A model generated the notes under the pieces. The model searched no databases. It saw nothing but the letters and a program-made list of their open reading frames with translations, and was not told where the DNA came from. From Lineus longissimus (Eukaryota), in the NCBI RefSeq assembly GCF_910592395.1, contig NC_088308.1:1-64000 (forward strand): a stretch of 64,000 bases of DNA, read 5' to 3'. Of the stretch, positions 1 to 12,900 are shown piece after piece; position 1 is the first letter of the stretch, and each line of letters opens with the position of its first letter. A program made the translations under genes and the position numbers.

Positions 1-34
1 TACCTATTCATATAACTTCAAAACCCAATCCCAT

Positions 35-959
35 TCAAATATTATCCTCGACCAAATCTTGCTCGTTCAAATCATTACCCGACATAATTTTAAAAACAAG
101 GTCACTCATTTTCGCCATATTATTGTCCGCAACGCGAACGTCGTAGGTTTTTCTCTGCATCGCTTGTGAGTGCTTCATTAGTGATGCCAAATCCTGCTCG
201 GTTCGTGCACCCAAGTTCATTTGCATGAGAAGCGACACGATAGACTTTCGCATCATGGTACAACTAGTACGAATATTTCGGCCACCGGCAATGATCAGTT
301 CTCGTGTAATAACGTTGGTAATTTCAGATTGTGACATTTGCCGGCCATTCCATGTTACGAAAACAGCCTCTTTATCCAAATTCGGTGCCGGTGTAAAAGT
401 AAAAAGTGTCCCCCCTGGAAAAAGTGTCCGGCCCTATTGTATTCTGCAATATGGTTCTATAGAGACCCTGACCGTCAATAGCTCAGAGATTGAAGCGCAT
501 AATAGAATCCTTTGTTCCCGGACATTTTATCCTAGGACATTTTAAACTTCTACACCGGTACACGTGAACGAATGTTTCAATATAGGTACGTAATAATTTA
601 TAATCGTCTACCGATAATGAAATTTGAGCAGTACCGTATTTCTGTTCCGTTTTGTGGACGAGAACATGAATGACACAACGACCGTTGTGAACATTATCTT
701 TCGCATTCTCCACATCTTTGATCTTTAAGTTGATTATAGGACCTGCCCGAGTGACATTTGCTAAAATTAATAACATGATCAAATGATTACGCGCGTTCGT
801 ATGGTCATGTAGACCAATGACATTCGTGACATTGTGGGTCAGAATATCTTGCGCCTTCTTTGCACGGTCTCCGTTCAGAAAGGCCTTAACTTGTTCTACA
901 GTGACGATAGCGCGTCGATGAATGTGCTTTTTTTCGTGGGCACGAGTGGAAATCTTCTT
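35..959 (-). pseudogene. Tyrosine recombinase (phage-integrase fold), Crypton-like/unclassified metazoan type; 5'-truncated, frameshifted and MITE-interrupted
   Basis: The minus frame is open from 959 (KKISTRAHEK...NARNHLIMLLILANVTRAGPIINL...VHKTEQKYGTAQI). It continues after the MITE as ...VFVTWNG...CTMMRKS...LASLMKHS...RKTYD. Catalytic R, K, xxR, H and Y occur in YR order. Confidence 0.8.
392..554. mobile_element. Non-autonomous TIR element (MITE), Ginger1-like
   Basis: Ends TGTAAAAGTAAAAAGTGTCC / GGACATTTTAAACTTCTACA form an imperfect TIR with TGT..ACA termini. CCGG flanks both sides (388-391, 555-558). Confidence 0.75.
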
Positions 960-1312
960 GGGTTAGGGTTAATGTTCGAGACAGGATTGAAGGATTTGCG
1001 ACGAGATCGGTGGTATTTGAAACGGGATTGAGGTATTTGCGACGGGATTGGACTTTAAGGTTTTAACCTGTAATAATTGTCATTCTCCTGCTATGGTAGC
1101 AGACACCAGTACCGGAAATGCCCGAGACGGGATTGAGTGATTTGCGACGGGATTGGAGGATTCGAGACGGGATTGAAGGATTCGAGACGGGATTGAAGGA
1201 TTTGCGACGGGATCGGTGGTATTTGAAACGGGATTGAGGTATTTGCGACGGGATTGGACTTTAACCTGTAATAATTGTCATTCTCCTGCTATATTTGCGA
1301 CGGGATTGTTGA
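960..1312. repeat. Degenerate repeat block (GCGACGGGATTG motifs, internal ~85-bp duplication), probably a transposon remnant truncating the recombinase
   Basis: About 10 copies of (C/A)GACGGGAT(T/C)G. 1001-1092 is duplicated at 1208-1291. The block begins with GGGTTAGGGTT. Confidence 0.6.
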
Positions 1313-1497
1313 CAACATGATGAGAGAGATGAGACGGTCACAGCCAGGCCTAATCAGTCTTGGCTGCTCTGCCAAGTTGTCAACATGGTGAGAGAGATGA
1401 GAGAGTCACAGTCAGGCCGAATCAGTCCTGGCTGCTCGACCGTGGTGACAAGGTGAGAGAGATGAGACGGTCACAGCCAGGCCAAATCAGTCTCTGC
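1312..1497. repeat. ~66-bp tandem repeat, 3 copies
   Basis: GAGAGAGATGAGACGGTCACAGCCAGGCC-AATCAGTC repeated three times. Confidence 0.8.
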
Positions 1498-3903
1498 TGG
1501 AATATCACATCAAAAGAATCATTTAGTTTATTTATATAATGTAACTTTTCAAATCTAGAAACATGAGAAATTTCTTTGATATATCTACTATGATATCTTT
1601 TCTGATATACTTCTAAATATCATACCATAGAAGAGGTATCATTACAAGAAAATATCAAAATGTCCAAAACGTAAACAATGGGAAATTTTAAACTTTTTTG
1701 AAATATATCCTGACCCCAACTATCTTCGACCATCACACTCATTTCCCCGAAGTGGTGTGTCACTGCTTGAAGGGATTTAGGGCATATTTTCCCTGAACAG
1801 AGCAGCTTCTCTTCATTGGGTTGCTGCTCTAAGGGTTCTGCGACTCTTTACACTGGGCTAGGCCTAACTCTGGTCCCTGAAGTTGATGTTAGGTTGCTCG
1901 TATGAGGATATCTGCTCAGGCATCATGCTGGAGCATTTTTAACATGCGAAATGGGTCATAGGAGATGTTGATGCTAAACGATGAATTGGAACGTAGCCAG
2001 GTGAACCATGGGGATGAAGAATATCCTGGGGACAATGGTGACCCATGTTACAACAGGAGTAGCAGTTCACGAGAGCTTTTAGAATTGTGACCCGGGTTAC
2101 AACAAGAACAAAAGTTCATGACGGCCTTTTGAAGTGGACCCAGCCTTTAGAATTGCACTGCATGGATACGCCTTTATGTGTTCTTAATTTGGTTGCACCA
2201 GGATTAGAAATTCAAATACAAGGTATAAGGTTGAGTATATTCGGTTGTTAACAATCACCATAGAGGTATAATCTCAAAATACATGGCCTTCAACACTGGC
2301 AGAGGGGAATGGATAGTACTGGTTTGACCCAGCTCAAAATATATCAGGTAGGACATCACGGTAGTACCTACAGCGTAAAAGGCATTAGCACATACTATCG
2401 CCTGCGGAAAATGCACTGACAGAACACAAGTGAGCAGATTAACTGATCATGACATTCGTCCATTTGTTATCAAATCGTCTTCTCGAAACAAATGTCGACA
2501 ACAACAGATGTACATGAAAATGTAACAATCCGCTTTATTACTGATATTTAACGCTTCACACAAAGTTTCGATGTGAGATACCAAGCACTACCAGAACCTT
2601 TTGGGTAAAACAAAACTTGAATTAATCGTGAGCATGGAATTTACAGATACAGGCCCGCATATAGGAAGACTATCTACTGAATCATTTCCACAGACAGCTC
2701 AGTAACTAGTTCATTCTAATTGTCCAAAGGCCCCGTAATGCTCAGGATGATATTTAGTAAATGGGTAGTCACACAGCAGGTGAGAAATCAGGTACTAATT
2801 ATGTCATGTTGACATGATTTTCTCACTCATCAGGACCACATTTCCATTCATACATGCGAGCCCACTGCCTAAAAAGCCACAATCTATAAACAATGTTGAA
2901 TGGGTAAACTACAAAACATTGGAACTGCAATACAGTTGACATAATCATCTTCAAAACTTTCCTTCGGACATATTTCGTCATCACAACTCTTAATTTCAAA
3001 ATGGCGATTACATGTTGTATATTCAAACATACGTCAGTAGACTTTGGACCAGTAATGGAGTCCGTTCAGTGGCTCCATCGACTCGTACCAAGTTAACTAT
3101 AGCATAAAACAATGGCTGTCAAATGAAATTCAGTATTCTAAAGATAATGACAGAAAAATGCGATAATGCTTCAAGCCACACCACATAAATGAATGCTACA
3201 CGTCAAGTACATTTCGGCAGGTACGTGCGGCAGACATGTGAAACAGTGAAGGAAGAATTTCTGCAGGACGTTCTATAAACGTCGATGTACATCACAACAG
3301 GGATCAAACCAAATCCTTACTTTATTCTGATTGTTTATGATTCCTCCATAAGTCCCACAGGTTATATCAAAACGTCGCCCTACGCCCCGGACAAAGCTTT
3401 TCAACTCACCCAGGTGCCAGGCTATGAGAAAAGCTGTGATGCGATGTTGATTGCAATGATTAGTCAAAGTAAAGCCAAAGTGAGCTGATAGTGGTAAATG
3501 TAATCCATTATTTCCTATGCCTGATTGCGATAAACAATCCGAAAAGGTGCATCCCCTTAAAATATATACTGCTGTACGGGAAGAAGTCACCTATCTGGTA
3601 AGTCAATTTTTAGAGAAGAATGACTTGAGTCACATATCTCCACTTTATTGGGGAATAACTTGAATCACTTCTTTCCGCTTTAGTGGGGAATGACCAGGGT
3701 CACCTATATCCACTTCATGGGAGAATGACTAGAGGTCTCATCCTTACATGCATTTAAGCGCAAGTTGCATTTTACTCTGAATGCAACAGCTAAAACCAAG
3801 ACTTATTCACGCACCTATTAATTTCTACAATCATCAAATATATTCTAAGTAAAAAAAAACCTGGCGTGATAACTTCGCATGCATAGGCTACATGACTCAT
3901 CCC

Positions 3904-4381
3904 GGAAAATCAAAATCTTGAACTCTGGGCATTACGTGCCAAATCCAGGTTCCAAGACATGTCGTATTTCTGAATTCTGAGTCCGAGGAAAACAGCGCTC
4001 CCTTCGTTCAAAGACGCGATAAAGTTTTTATTCAACTTGTGCATTCGGATCTTGCGATCTTGGGGAACATGATAGTTAAAGTTTCACATTATAGTGCAAT
4101 AAGTGAAATGCTTTTTGTTTTTCTTACTTTCTTATAGATCTTTTGCTTCGTCACGCCATCTCAGCAGGGATAAGGTGCTTGAAATCAGCCCACATTAGGC
4201 CCAGTATGTCTATAGGCCCAGTATGTCCATATCCGAATATATACATCAGTTAAATATACTTTATTTAATGCCGAGAGAGCCATTTTGCAAGGAAACTATC
4301 AAGGGACTCGCTCAGGAATACCAGACAACTCGGAACCAGGACTTGGCACGAATTACCCGGAGTTCAGGATTTTGATTCTCC
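3904..4381. mobile_element. Old MITE with ~53-bp imperfect TIRs
   Basis: GGAAAATCAAAATCTTGAACTCTGGGCATTACGTGCCAAATCCAGGTTCC matches the reverse complement of ~4330-4381 with scattered mismatches. Confidence 0.7.
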
Positions 4382-5367
4382 ATGGTTTGTTACCATTGGT
4401 ATATTTCTTGCTTCTTTTTCATGTACTAAAAACACTGTTATATAATTAATATATGAACTTTTATGGAATCCCGCAATTGTCAACTTCCCTAGTCATCACT
4501 TACCTAGCCAAAGGACAGTATATTTGCCTCAGTATCAAGTTAGAACTGTATTAATACACACACAACAATTCTCACACGTTCTTTCTAAACAATACATGTA
4601 TAATAGAAAAGTTCTGTTCTTCTTAGAAATCAGTGGTCATATCGTCTACTTGCTCCATAGCGAGTGCACCAGCCGCATTACCAGAAACCTCGTGTCTGGT
4701 GAAGGTTGAGGACTTCTGGGACGAATTGCCGTCTTCGCAGTAACCTTTGACCTGACAAGTCACGGCTGAAAAATAAACTCCAGTACTTTAATGGTAGAAC
4801 TCGTGACTTACAAGACGCTGACAGTCGCATCGATTGATGGTCCGAAGGATGAGAGCTCCTTCAGTGAGATTAACATGCAGGCAATTCATATCGATATTTA
4901 ACATTCGAGACATTTTTTCCAGACTTTGGACCATATTTTTGGAAAATGTTCATCTTTTTAGGCTGTACATGTATAACGAATTTAGAAATTTTCCAAAGAT
5001 CCCTCCCACGGGGAAAGATGTGTTGGCTTGAGTATATTCATCCAGTAAAATGATTCAAATTTGCTTAATATAAAGGTAAAGGTGTTTAGCTGGACTACCC
5101 GTTGTGAATGTGGCCGTGCTTATAATGATATCTGGGATGAGGACAATGTGCTTTTAAACAACAATAACCTTGATCTTCATTAGATCTACGTTTCTTAAAT
5201 GAATGAATGGATGGAGCAAGCAGGTGAGCTGTGACAGTAACACTGAACTGCTTGGGGGTAAATACATACACAATGAATAACAAGGAAACACAACCACACA
5301 GAAATGGTGTGCGCATTGCTATGCTATCGAGGAAGCGTGCAGTTTGTAATGTTATCTATGAGGTAAA

Positions 5368-5950
5368 TCAGCAGCACACCGATGAGTGGTACATTGGGAG
5401 TAGATCTGTGTCGTCAGCAACACACCGATGAGTGGTACATTGGGAGTAGATCTGTGTCATCAGCAGCACACCGATGAGTGGTACATTGGGAGTAGATCTG
5501 TGTCATCAGCAACACACCGATGAGTGGTACATTGGGAGCAGATCTGTGTCATCAGCAGCACACCGATGAGTGGTTCATTGGGAGCAGATCTGTGTCATCA
5601 GCAACACACCGATGAGTGGTACATTGGGAGCAGATCTGTGTCATTAGCAGCACACCGATGAGCGTTACATCGGGAGCAGATCTGTGTCATCAGCAACACA
5701 CCGATGAGCGTTACATTGGGAGCAGATCTGTGTCATCAGCAACACACCGATGAGCGTTACATTGGGAGCAGATCTGTGTCATCAGCAACACACCGATGAG
5801 TGTTACATTGGGAGCAGATCTGTGTCATCAGCAGCACACCGATGAGTGGTTCATTGGGAGCAGATCTGTGTCATCAGCAGCACACCGATGAGTGGTACAT
5901 TGGGTGCAGATCTGTGTCATCAGCAGCACACCGATGAGTGGTACATTGGG
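5368..5950. repeat. 43-bp minisatellite, ~13.5 copies
   Basis: Unit CAGCACACCGATGAGTGGTACATTGGGAGCAGATCTGTGTCAT(CAG). It starts a few nt after GAG|GTAAAT. Confidence 0.95.
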
Positions 5951-6989
5951 TATAATTACTACCCATTCTTAAAGATAAACCCCCTCGTAATAAGAAATTC
6001 AGAAATTGTTCGTGATACTCAGTACCCCACGAAGGTTTTACAAGGAAAAGGCCGGGGAAACCGAGACTTCTCTGTTTGCACTTCGTCAATAACAAGTTCG
6101 AGTGGACGATACTTTGGAGAGTATGCAAAAGAAATGCAAAAGGTCACCAAAAAAACGAGCACAGGCTGAGGTATCTCGAGTGGTACGTCTCAATGGTCCC
6201 AGGGATATGTCAACCATTTTGTATACTTTAAACCATTTTCTGTTGTAAGACGTATATGGCAGTTCAACACGCTAAGTCCAAACCTGTTCACCCGCCCGCC
6301 TTTGTCATTCAATTGAAGATGAACTACAGCACTTGAAAAGCATTGAGAAAGACATTTAAAAACATGGTGTCTTAGAAGACGGGAAAAGATATTCATACGT
6401 GTTGATTCATTTCAGGTGCATCACATGTACAAGACAAAACATGAATTGGCAAAGGATCCTTAAATGATACATATTAATATGGATTTCTTAGTTCATGCTT
6501 TCTAGTAACCAGGCAGGATAGAAAAGGTTAATATACCCAAATTGTAGGAAATTATTAGTGAATCAACTCTTCCCAAGCGTGTTCGCGTCTCTCACGAAGG
6601 TTTTTTCTTAATATTTTCACGAAAAGGTTTAACCATGTAATTCTATTCTGAGATTACTTTCCTTTGGTTACAACATGAGCGTAGCTAAATTCATTAGCAC
6701 TAGTATTAATCTATGGAACCATGTATTGTTAAGATTGTTAAGATATCAGCAGTTGCATAAGCCCCCCCCCCCCCCCCCCACACACACATAGTAAAGAATT
6801 CTTTTAGCTTCTGATTCGCCAAGATATTAGCCTAGATAATGGCCCGCAGTCAATTATTTTCAAAAAGAGACGATTAAACTGAAACCAGGACGTGTAGATG
6901 AACATTTTAGTAATGTTTCCCTTCTATTCAGTTAATAAGCTACAAAAAGTGATTCACTCCTTGAGATAATCATGTATGGTGTTACCGTT

Positions 6990-9900
6990 CTAGTCAGCCC
7001 CTGGTTTCTCGTCGGGGGTGCCTGAAGTAAGAAATGATCATGCGATGAAACCACCAAGCAGTGCTACTGATAACCGCCCCCCCCCCCCCCCCCCCGGCTC
7101 ACCTGAATCCTGTTGTACTCGTTTTGCCCTATGAACCTCGGCTGCATATCATTCTAATTTCTAGTAGAAATTGCGTATAGATGACTGATTGATATAATTA
7201 GGCAACTATTCTACATGGTGAGAAGACAGTTTAAGGTGAGAGATATCAACACTAACCGCAAACATACAAAGAACACACCTTGACTCAATCTTCAATGGGG
7301 ATCAATCGGACTCAATCTTCTCAGAATAGATTTTGTTAGGTATAGCAGCCAGATTCCTCAGAAACGAAGACATTATTATAAATAGGCCTACAGTTGACAA
7401 AGAAATACCTGGTTGAAGTCCTTCAAAGCTTAATCCTTCCCCACTGTTGTTCTCCCCAACATCCATCGTGAGGGAATCGTCACCTTTTGATCCACTGGAA
7501 GTCTTCGTTTCCGAACTGTCATCTGCTGCAACATTCGGGGTCTTTTCGTCCGTTAATTCTGAAGTCGTCGGTTTGGGTATTGTAATGAGAACATCTTCCT
7601 CCATCTTCGCCGTGACGTCCTCTACCCGAGATATCTCTTCGTCCTTTCTGGGCAGACCTTGCTCACCGGGCGATAGCGACGACTCAATAGGCACATTTGC
7701 TGGATGTTTCTCTGCCGTGATCTTTTGTTGCTCCTTGACGGGTTCCTCGGGCGGCATTTCTAATGGCGACGGTGGTTCAGAAGGCCTAAAATCCAGTCTT
7801 ACATCACCAGTCACTTCTGTTAGCAATTCCGTGGGTTGTATCGGTTTTTCAGCAGATTCTTTAAGTTCCGTAACCTGAGGTTGTGCTTCCTTATGTTTGG
7901 GCGCCGGTGTTGATAGCTCGACTTCTTTCTTCGCTTCCGTAGGTTTGGGCGCCGGTCTTGGTACCTCTATGTCTTCCTTCGCTTCCGTATATTTGGGCGC
8001 CGGAGTAGATACCTCGACTACTTCCTTCGCTTCCGTAGGTTTCGGCGCCGGTGTTGATACATCGACTTGTTCCCTAGATTCAGTATCTATAGATACAGAA
8101 TCGAGGTATACCCGTTGTTTTGCTGTGAGATCCGACATTATATTATGTAACGTTTCTATTTGAGTCTGTGTTACGGTCTGGTCTTCGGCTTCGTTCACCA
8201 CAGATTCTTGTTTCGCAGCCTCAACATTTGGCAGAGCTTTCAACTCCTGGTTTGCTTTTATCTCTTCGTAAGAGAGTTGACGTTCTGGGAAGGGTTTGCT
8301 AGCATGCGGCTGCATGAGTTCTTTTGATGGTGTCGAGCGTTGAGAGGATGTCCGCGATGACCTTGACGATTTCGTTGTTGCCCCAGAAGAATTCAAATCA
8401 AAGGATCCAGTAGCTATTTGTAACTTTTTGAATGCTTTCGAAGGTATGTTACCACCTCTGTAAAGTTTGGGTTCGAAGCCTTCTTCAATGATACCTCCCA
8501 CGTCGTCATCGTCTGTTCGTTTTGGTCGTACATCCTTCTGCCAAGTTGGAGCAGACGACTGATGTGAATGGTATGGCTGCATCTGTGACATCTGACTCAA
8601 CGCTTCATTTGACTTTCTTCTCTCATGTGCGATGGCCTGCCATGCCGGAGCTGGTTCATTTGCCTTCCACTGTTTCTCTCCAGGGGGTTCCCATTCATTT
8701 AATTTGTTTTTCTTTTGTAAACTTTCGACCTTTGCCTGCCATTCTGGTGTTGGTTGAACCTTCCACGCTTCGTGCTGGATGTGAGGTTCCCAGCGAGCTG
8801 GGGGTTGATCCTCTGGCTGCGCTGGAGGCTGCCACTGGGGCTGCTGTTGAGCTTGAACCTGCCATGCTGGCTGGTAATCCGGGATATCTGTCCGTATAGG
8901 AGAACATAAGTATTAGAATTTGAATGTGCTAATCCCGGCTACGCACTTTCTGGTTTTGGGAAGAACGTTTAGCATGTGTATTGGCCATAAACACAGGCAG
9001 CATATGTGATGATGTCATGCAGACAGTTTAATGATAAACTAGAATATGATGATGGGAGGTGGTATAATTAACTAGCATAGAACCAAACCAAATCATCTCT
9101 TTGGTGTTAGAATAATGAACAAAAGCTATAACATATTGTTTTAAGAATCTCTATCTGACCAACAAAATGCACCGTGTATAGAATAAGAAGAGAAAGGCAA
9201 GTCTAGCACACAGCAGACACACATTTCAAGACGACAGAAAGTCAAACGGGCACATCGGGCTCAACAAGCTAACAGATTTGGGGCCGATTCATCACCGGTA
9301 TTGGCAGCTTTGGTTTCATCCCAGCATCTATGCCATTGAACGAGAGGAAAACATTTCCTTGCCTCGAGTCATTCACTATAATGGCAGGGGTGATATTTGA
9401 ACATTATATTTCAACAGTTATAACTGTTAAGAGAAGATTATTCTACATGAACGTGGGAGACATGGTTCATGTGTAACTCCCTCCAGTCCCGACCAGCAGT
9501 AACATGACTGCTGAGGTAAGCTGTTGAGGTGGCATTTGACTGACCTAAAGAAACAGCTATGACTGTCACTAACTTCACCGATAGGTTTAGAATTTCCAAG
9601 ACATTCATAATGAGAACATGTCGAACAACTCATCAATATATCGTGTAGCTGAATGTGGTGCATTATGTTTTAATCATCATTATCTTTTGTCCTCCAAACA
9701 CTCCTGACATGGTGCATTTGCGGTGTCACGGGTTATTGATTATCATACACGTTTCGAGTATACTGTAAAATAACAACCGAAAATAAATCTCCTGATTAAT
9801 GAACGCGTCCTTTACTGACTGTTACAGCCACAAGTGTGTAGCTTCGTGCATAACTTAACATCCTACATATCGTGCCTTAATAGAAAGAAAACTGGCTTAC

Positions 9901-12900
9901 CACCCCCTCCAGAAGCAAACCTCTTCTGCTGGCGTTTCCACGCTCGCAACTCTGCAGGGCTCATTTCAGCTAGATAAAAATCCAACGAATATCAAAAAGG
10001 TATCGCCACTGTGAGTATAAGCGAACATCATCAAGAATATGCAAGATTGCAAAATAGTCATAATTTAAAAAACCACAGGAATATTACAAACATTACCCTG
10101 CCCATACATGTAGCACTCATTCTTTTTATCATAGAGAGAATACTCTGATAGTCCTATCCCCTAAATGGATCTTCAAAACGTTGTAAGCAACTTACATTCT
10201 GGTTTTGGTGGCGTCGCGTGTGCAGTGTCATAGACCGGCGCTTTAGCCATGTGGGCTGGTACCGGTGCGGGGTATTCAGCAACCGTTGCGGGGCGTGGGG
10301 GTTCCTCGGGTTGCAAGGAGCACGGCTTAGGCTTGTGTTGCTTCACCTCCTCAAGGATTTCATCAGGGTCAGCACCAATGGCCCTCTGTAGCTTCCTGAA
10401 CGCCTTTGAAGGAACCGTTGAGCTGGTCTGCCTGGCAGCCTTGCAGTGCGTCTCCTCATACACTCCCGAGGCTTCCTTTTTTCCACTGCTCATTTCTGGA
10501 AACAGTATAGGTTTTCTAGTATAAGTAATCTCTAACATACACTTTTTGCACCACGTTTTCGCTGGCTTTTGCCTCTATTCCAGACTCGTCACTTGTCAGC
10601 TCCAAACTTGTCAACCTGACTCAATTGAGGAACTACCTTATAACTGGCATGGTCACTTGGGAAAACTGATTAAAAGACTTCATTATGATGAGTTGATAGA
10701 GTGGGTCATACCTTCTTCCTCATCTTTGGTATATCGTTGTAACAGCTTGAACGACCTCGACTGCTTACTAGGATCTGATGGTAAAAACTTCTTAAACGTT
10801 TCCTCTTCATACCCGAGATCATCTTCGGGATTGAGAGGCTTAAACTCGGGCTCCAGCTCTTCAGGCTTTGGCCTCTGTCTGAAGGTCTTCTTCTCATCTG
10901 TGATCCCGTGGATCATTTTGTAAGCCGCTGATTGAGTGGGATCGAACTCCTTGTTGGAGGGGCTGCTGGCTGGTTTTGGTACATACTGGTAGTTCCTTTG
11001 TGGCTTTGGGGCCCTTGGAAAGGAATGAAGTAAAAGAAGTAAACCTTTGCTGACCAGAAATGAGAAAGCAGTCTTCAGTATGACCTTTTTAAAATAATTC
11101 ATATTGTTCATGGAAAAAACATTGACTGCACATGATGTGAATTTAACAATAGACATACATTACACTCCAGGAATCGCTCCAATGTACTCACTCTTGGGTC
11201 TGTGAGGGCTTGGCTGGTTGGACTCCTATCCCTCCTGAGCTCTGTCCAATGTAGGCATCGGCTGGGGAGTTGTACTGTCCATGGCTTATTACCGCACTGC
11301 CGGGCCCTGCACTGACTGTGGCCGATTTAGTAGGACTATCATTTAATTCATGCTCTACTTGTGGCTTCTTTTGTCTGGAATCAGGAACAGTTATATTGAT
11401 AGTTAGTTATAGATTGATATTAATTTTATTTATGGCTTTTGGCTTCAAGAGCCGACTGCGAAATCCTCTATAAACACAGTATTGTATGCTTTATGTTTGA
11501 AAAGGAAACGCATTGTAACCTGATCAGTGATGTGTTGGCAGTTGATTTGTCTCTTCCTCTCGATATTGTATCAAGTTTAGTGTCGACATTGCGTTGACGA
11601 ACTCTGCTTACTGAAACAACTATAGGTAGAATGGAGAAACTTTGTGACGAAAACATTTTTGTGATCGGAAAAACCTCTCCGCCTCATTTCCAGGAAGACG
11701 GCGGATGTTTCTGACCTCCAGGTAAAAGTGAGTCCACCACCCTTGTACTTTACGTGAATAATCTACACGGTGATCCCTCTAGCCGGAAGTGACTCCCTAC
11801 CTTCTGTGTTTCTGCTTGAACTTGAGCAGGTCATCCTTACTGACCGCAGCGTACGTGAATGGAGACTTAGATCCAGGTCCTTTTGCCATCTGCTTCTGCA
11901 CGCAATCAGGAATATGGGGGCCGTCTGTGCCATCCTGAAGTCATATTCAAAGATAGAATTAGTCAAAGTAGCAGTGAATTATTAAAATTTGTCTTCAGCA
12001 ATTGCAATTGACAGTGCTTTCTTGCAAAGCGAAGTAAGAACACCAGACTTTTCCTTTCCAAAGATTCAGTGACGCAAGAGTCCTGGCTCACACGAGAGTG
12101 ATGAAGCCAGGCCACCCACTTTTCTTCACACCTTCTGAACGGGCCCTAATCTCTACTTCGTTTCCTCCAAGATTACAGAGAAACATATATACGCAGGTGT
12201 TACAGACTCCGTTTTGAGTATCTTCCGGTTCTCCCACTGAACAACACGGAGTATGAAAACAACATGCTCCAGCAAATGATTCTTACCTTATTATTGACAT
12301 TCGATTCATTTCAATTTTTGGTTAGCCATGCAAATAAAGTCAGTCATTAACTGACACCAGGAGGCATGGCATAGCAGGGTTAACGGCAATGGAAGGCTAC
12401 AGTGAGAGTTATGAATAAAGCCAGTCAATAACAAATGACAGTATCTAAAGGTGAAGAAATAGCAAGTTTGACGTCCCATGTCAGGAGGCATGGCATAGCA
12501 AGTTTGACGTCCCCTGTCAGGAGGATTATGGCATAGCAGGCTTGACGCCCCATGTCATGGAGGCATGACATAGCAAGTTTGACGTCCCATGTCAGGAGGC
12601 ATATGGCATAGCAGGCTTGACGCCCCATGTCATGGAGGCATGGCATAGCAAGTTTGACGTCCCATGTCAGGAGGCATATGGCATAGCAGGCTTGACGCCC
12701 CATGTCATGGAGGCATGGCATAGCAAGTTTGACGTCCCATGTCAGGAGGCATATGGCATAGCAGGCTTGACGCCCTATGTCATGGAGGCATGGCATAGCA
12801 AGTTTGACGTCCCATGTCAGGAGGCATATGGCATAGCAGGCTTGACGCCCTATGTCATGGAGGCATGGCATAGCAAGTTTGACGTCCCATGTCAGGAGGA

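Larger units (their letters stand above)
1801..6200 (+). pseudogene. Possible decayed multi-exon gene (secreted protein, weak ILEI/PANDER-like motifs)
   Basis: Exon-like blocks bounded by AG/GT sites (~1801-2222, ~2283-2347, ~3268-3597, ~4628-4880, ~5089-5362). The translations look protein-like but carry many stops and frameshifts. Confidence 0.25.

Noticed and set aside
960..970. Telomeric repeat GGGTTAGGGTT
   Set aside because: Fewer than two units; such motifs are common inside transposons.
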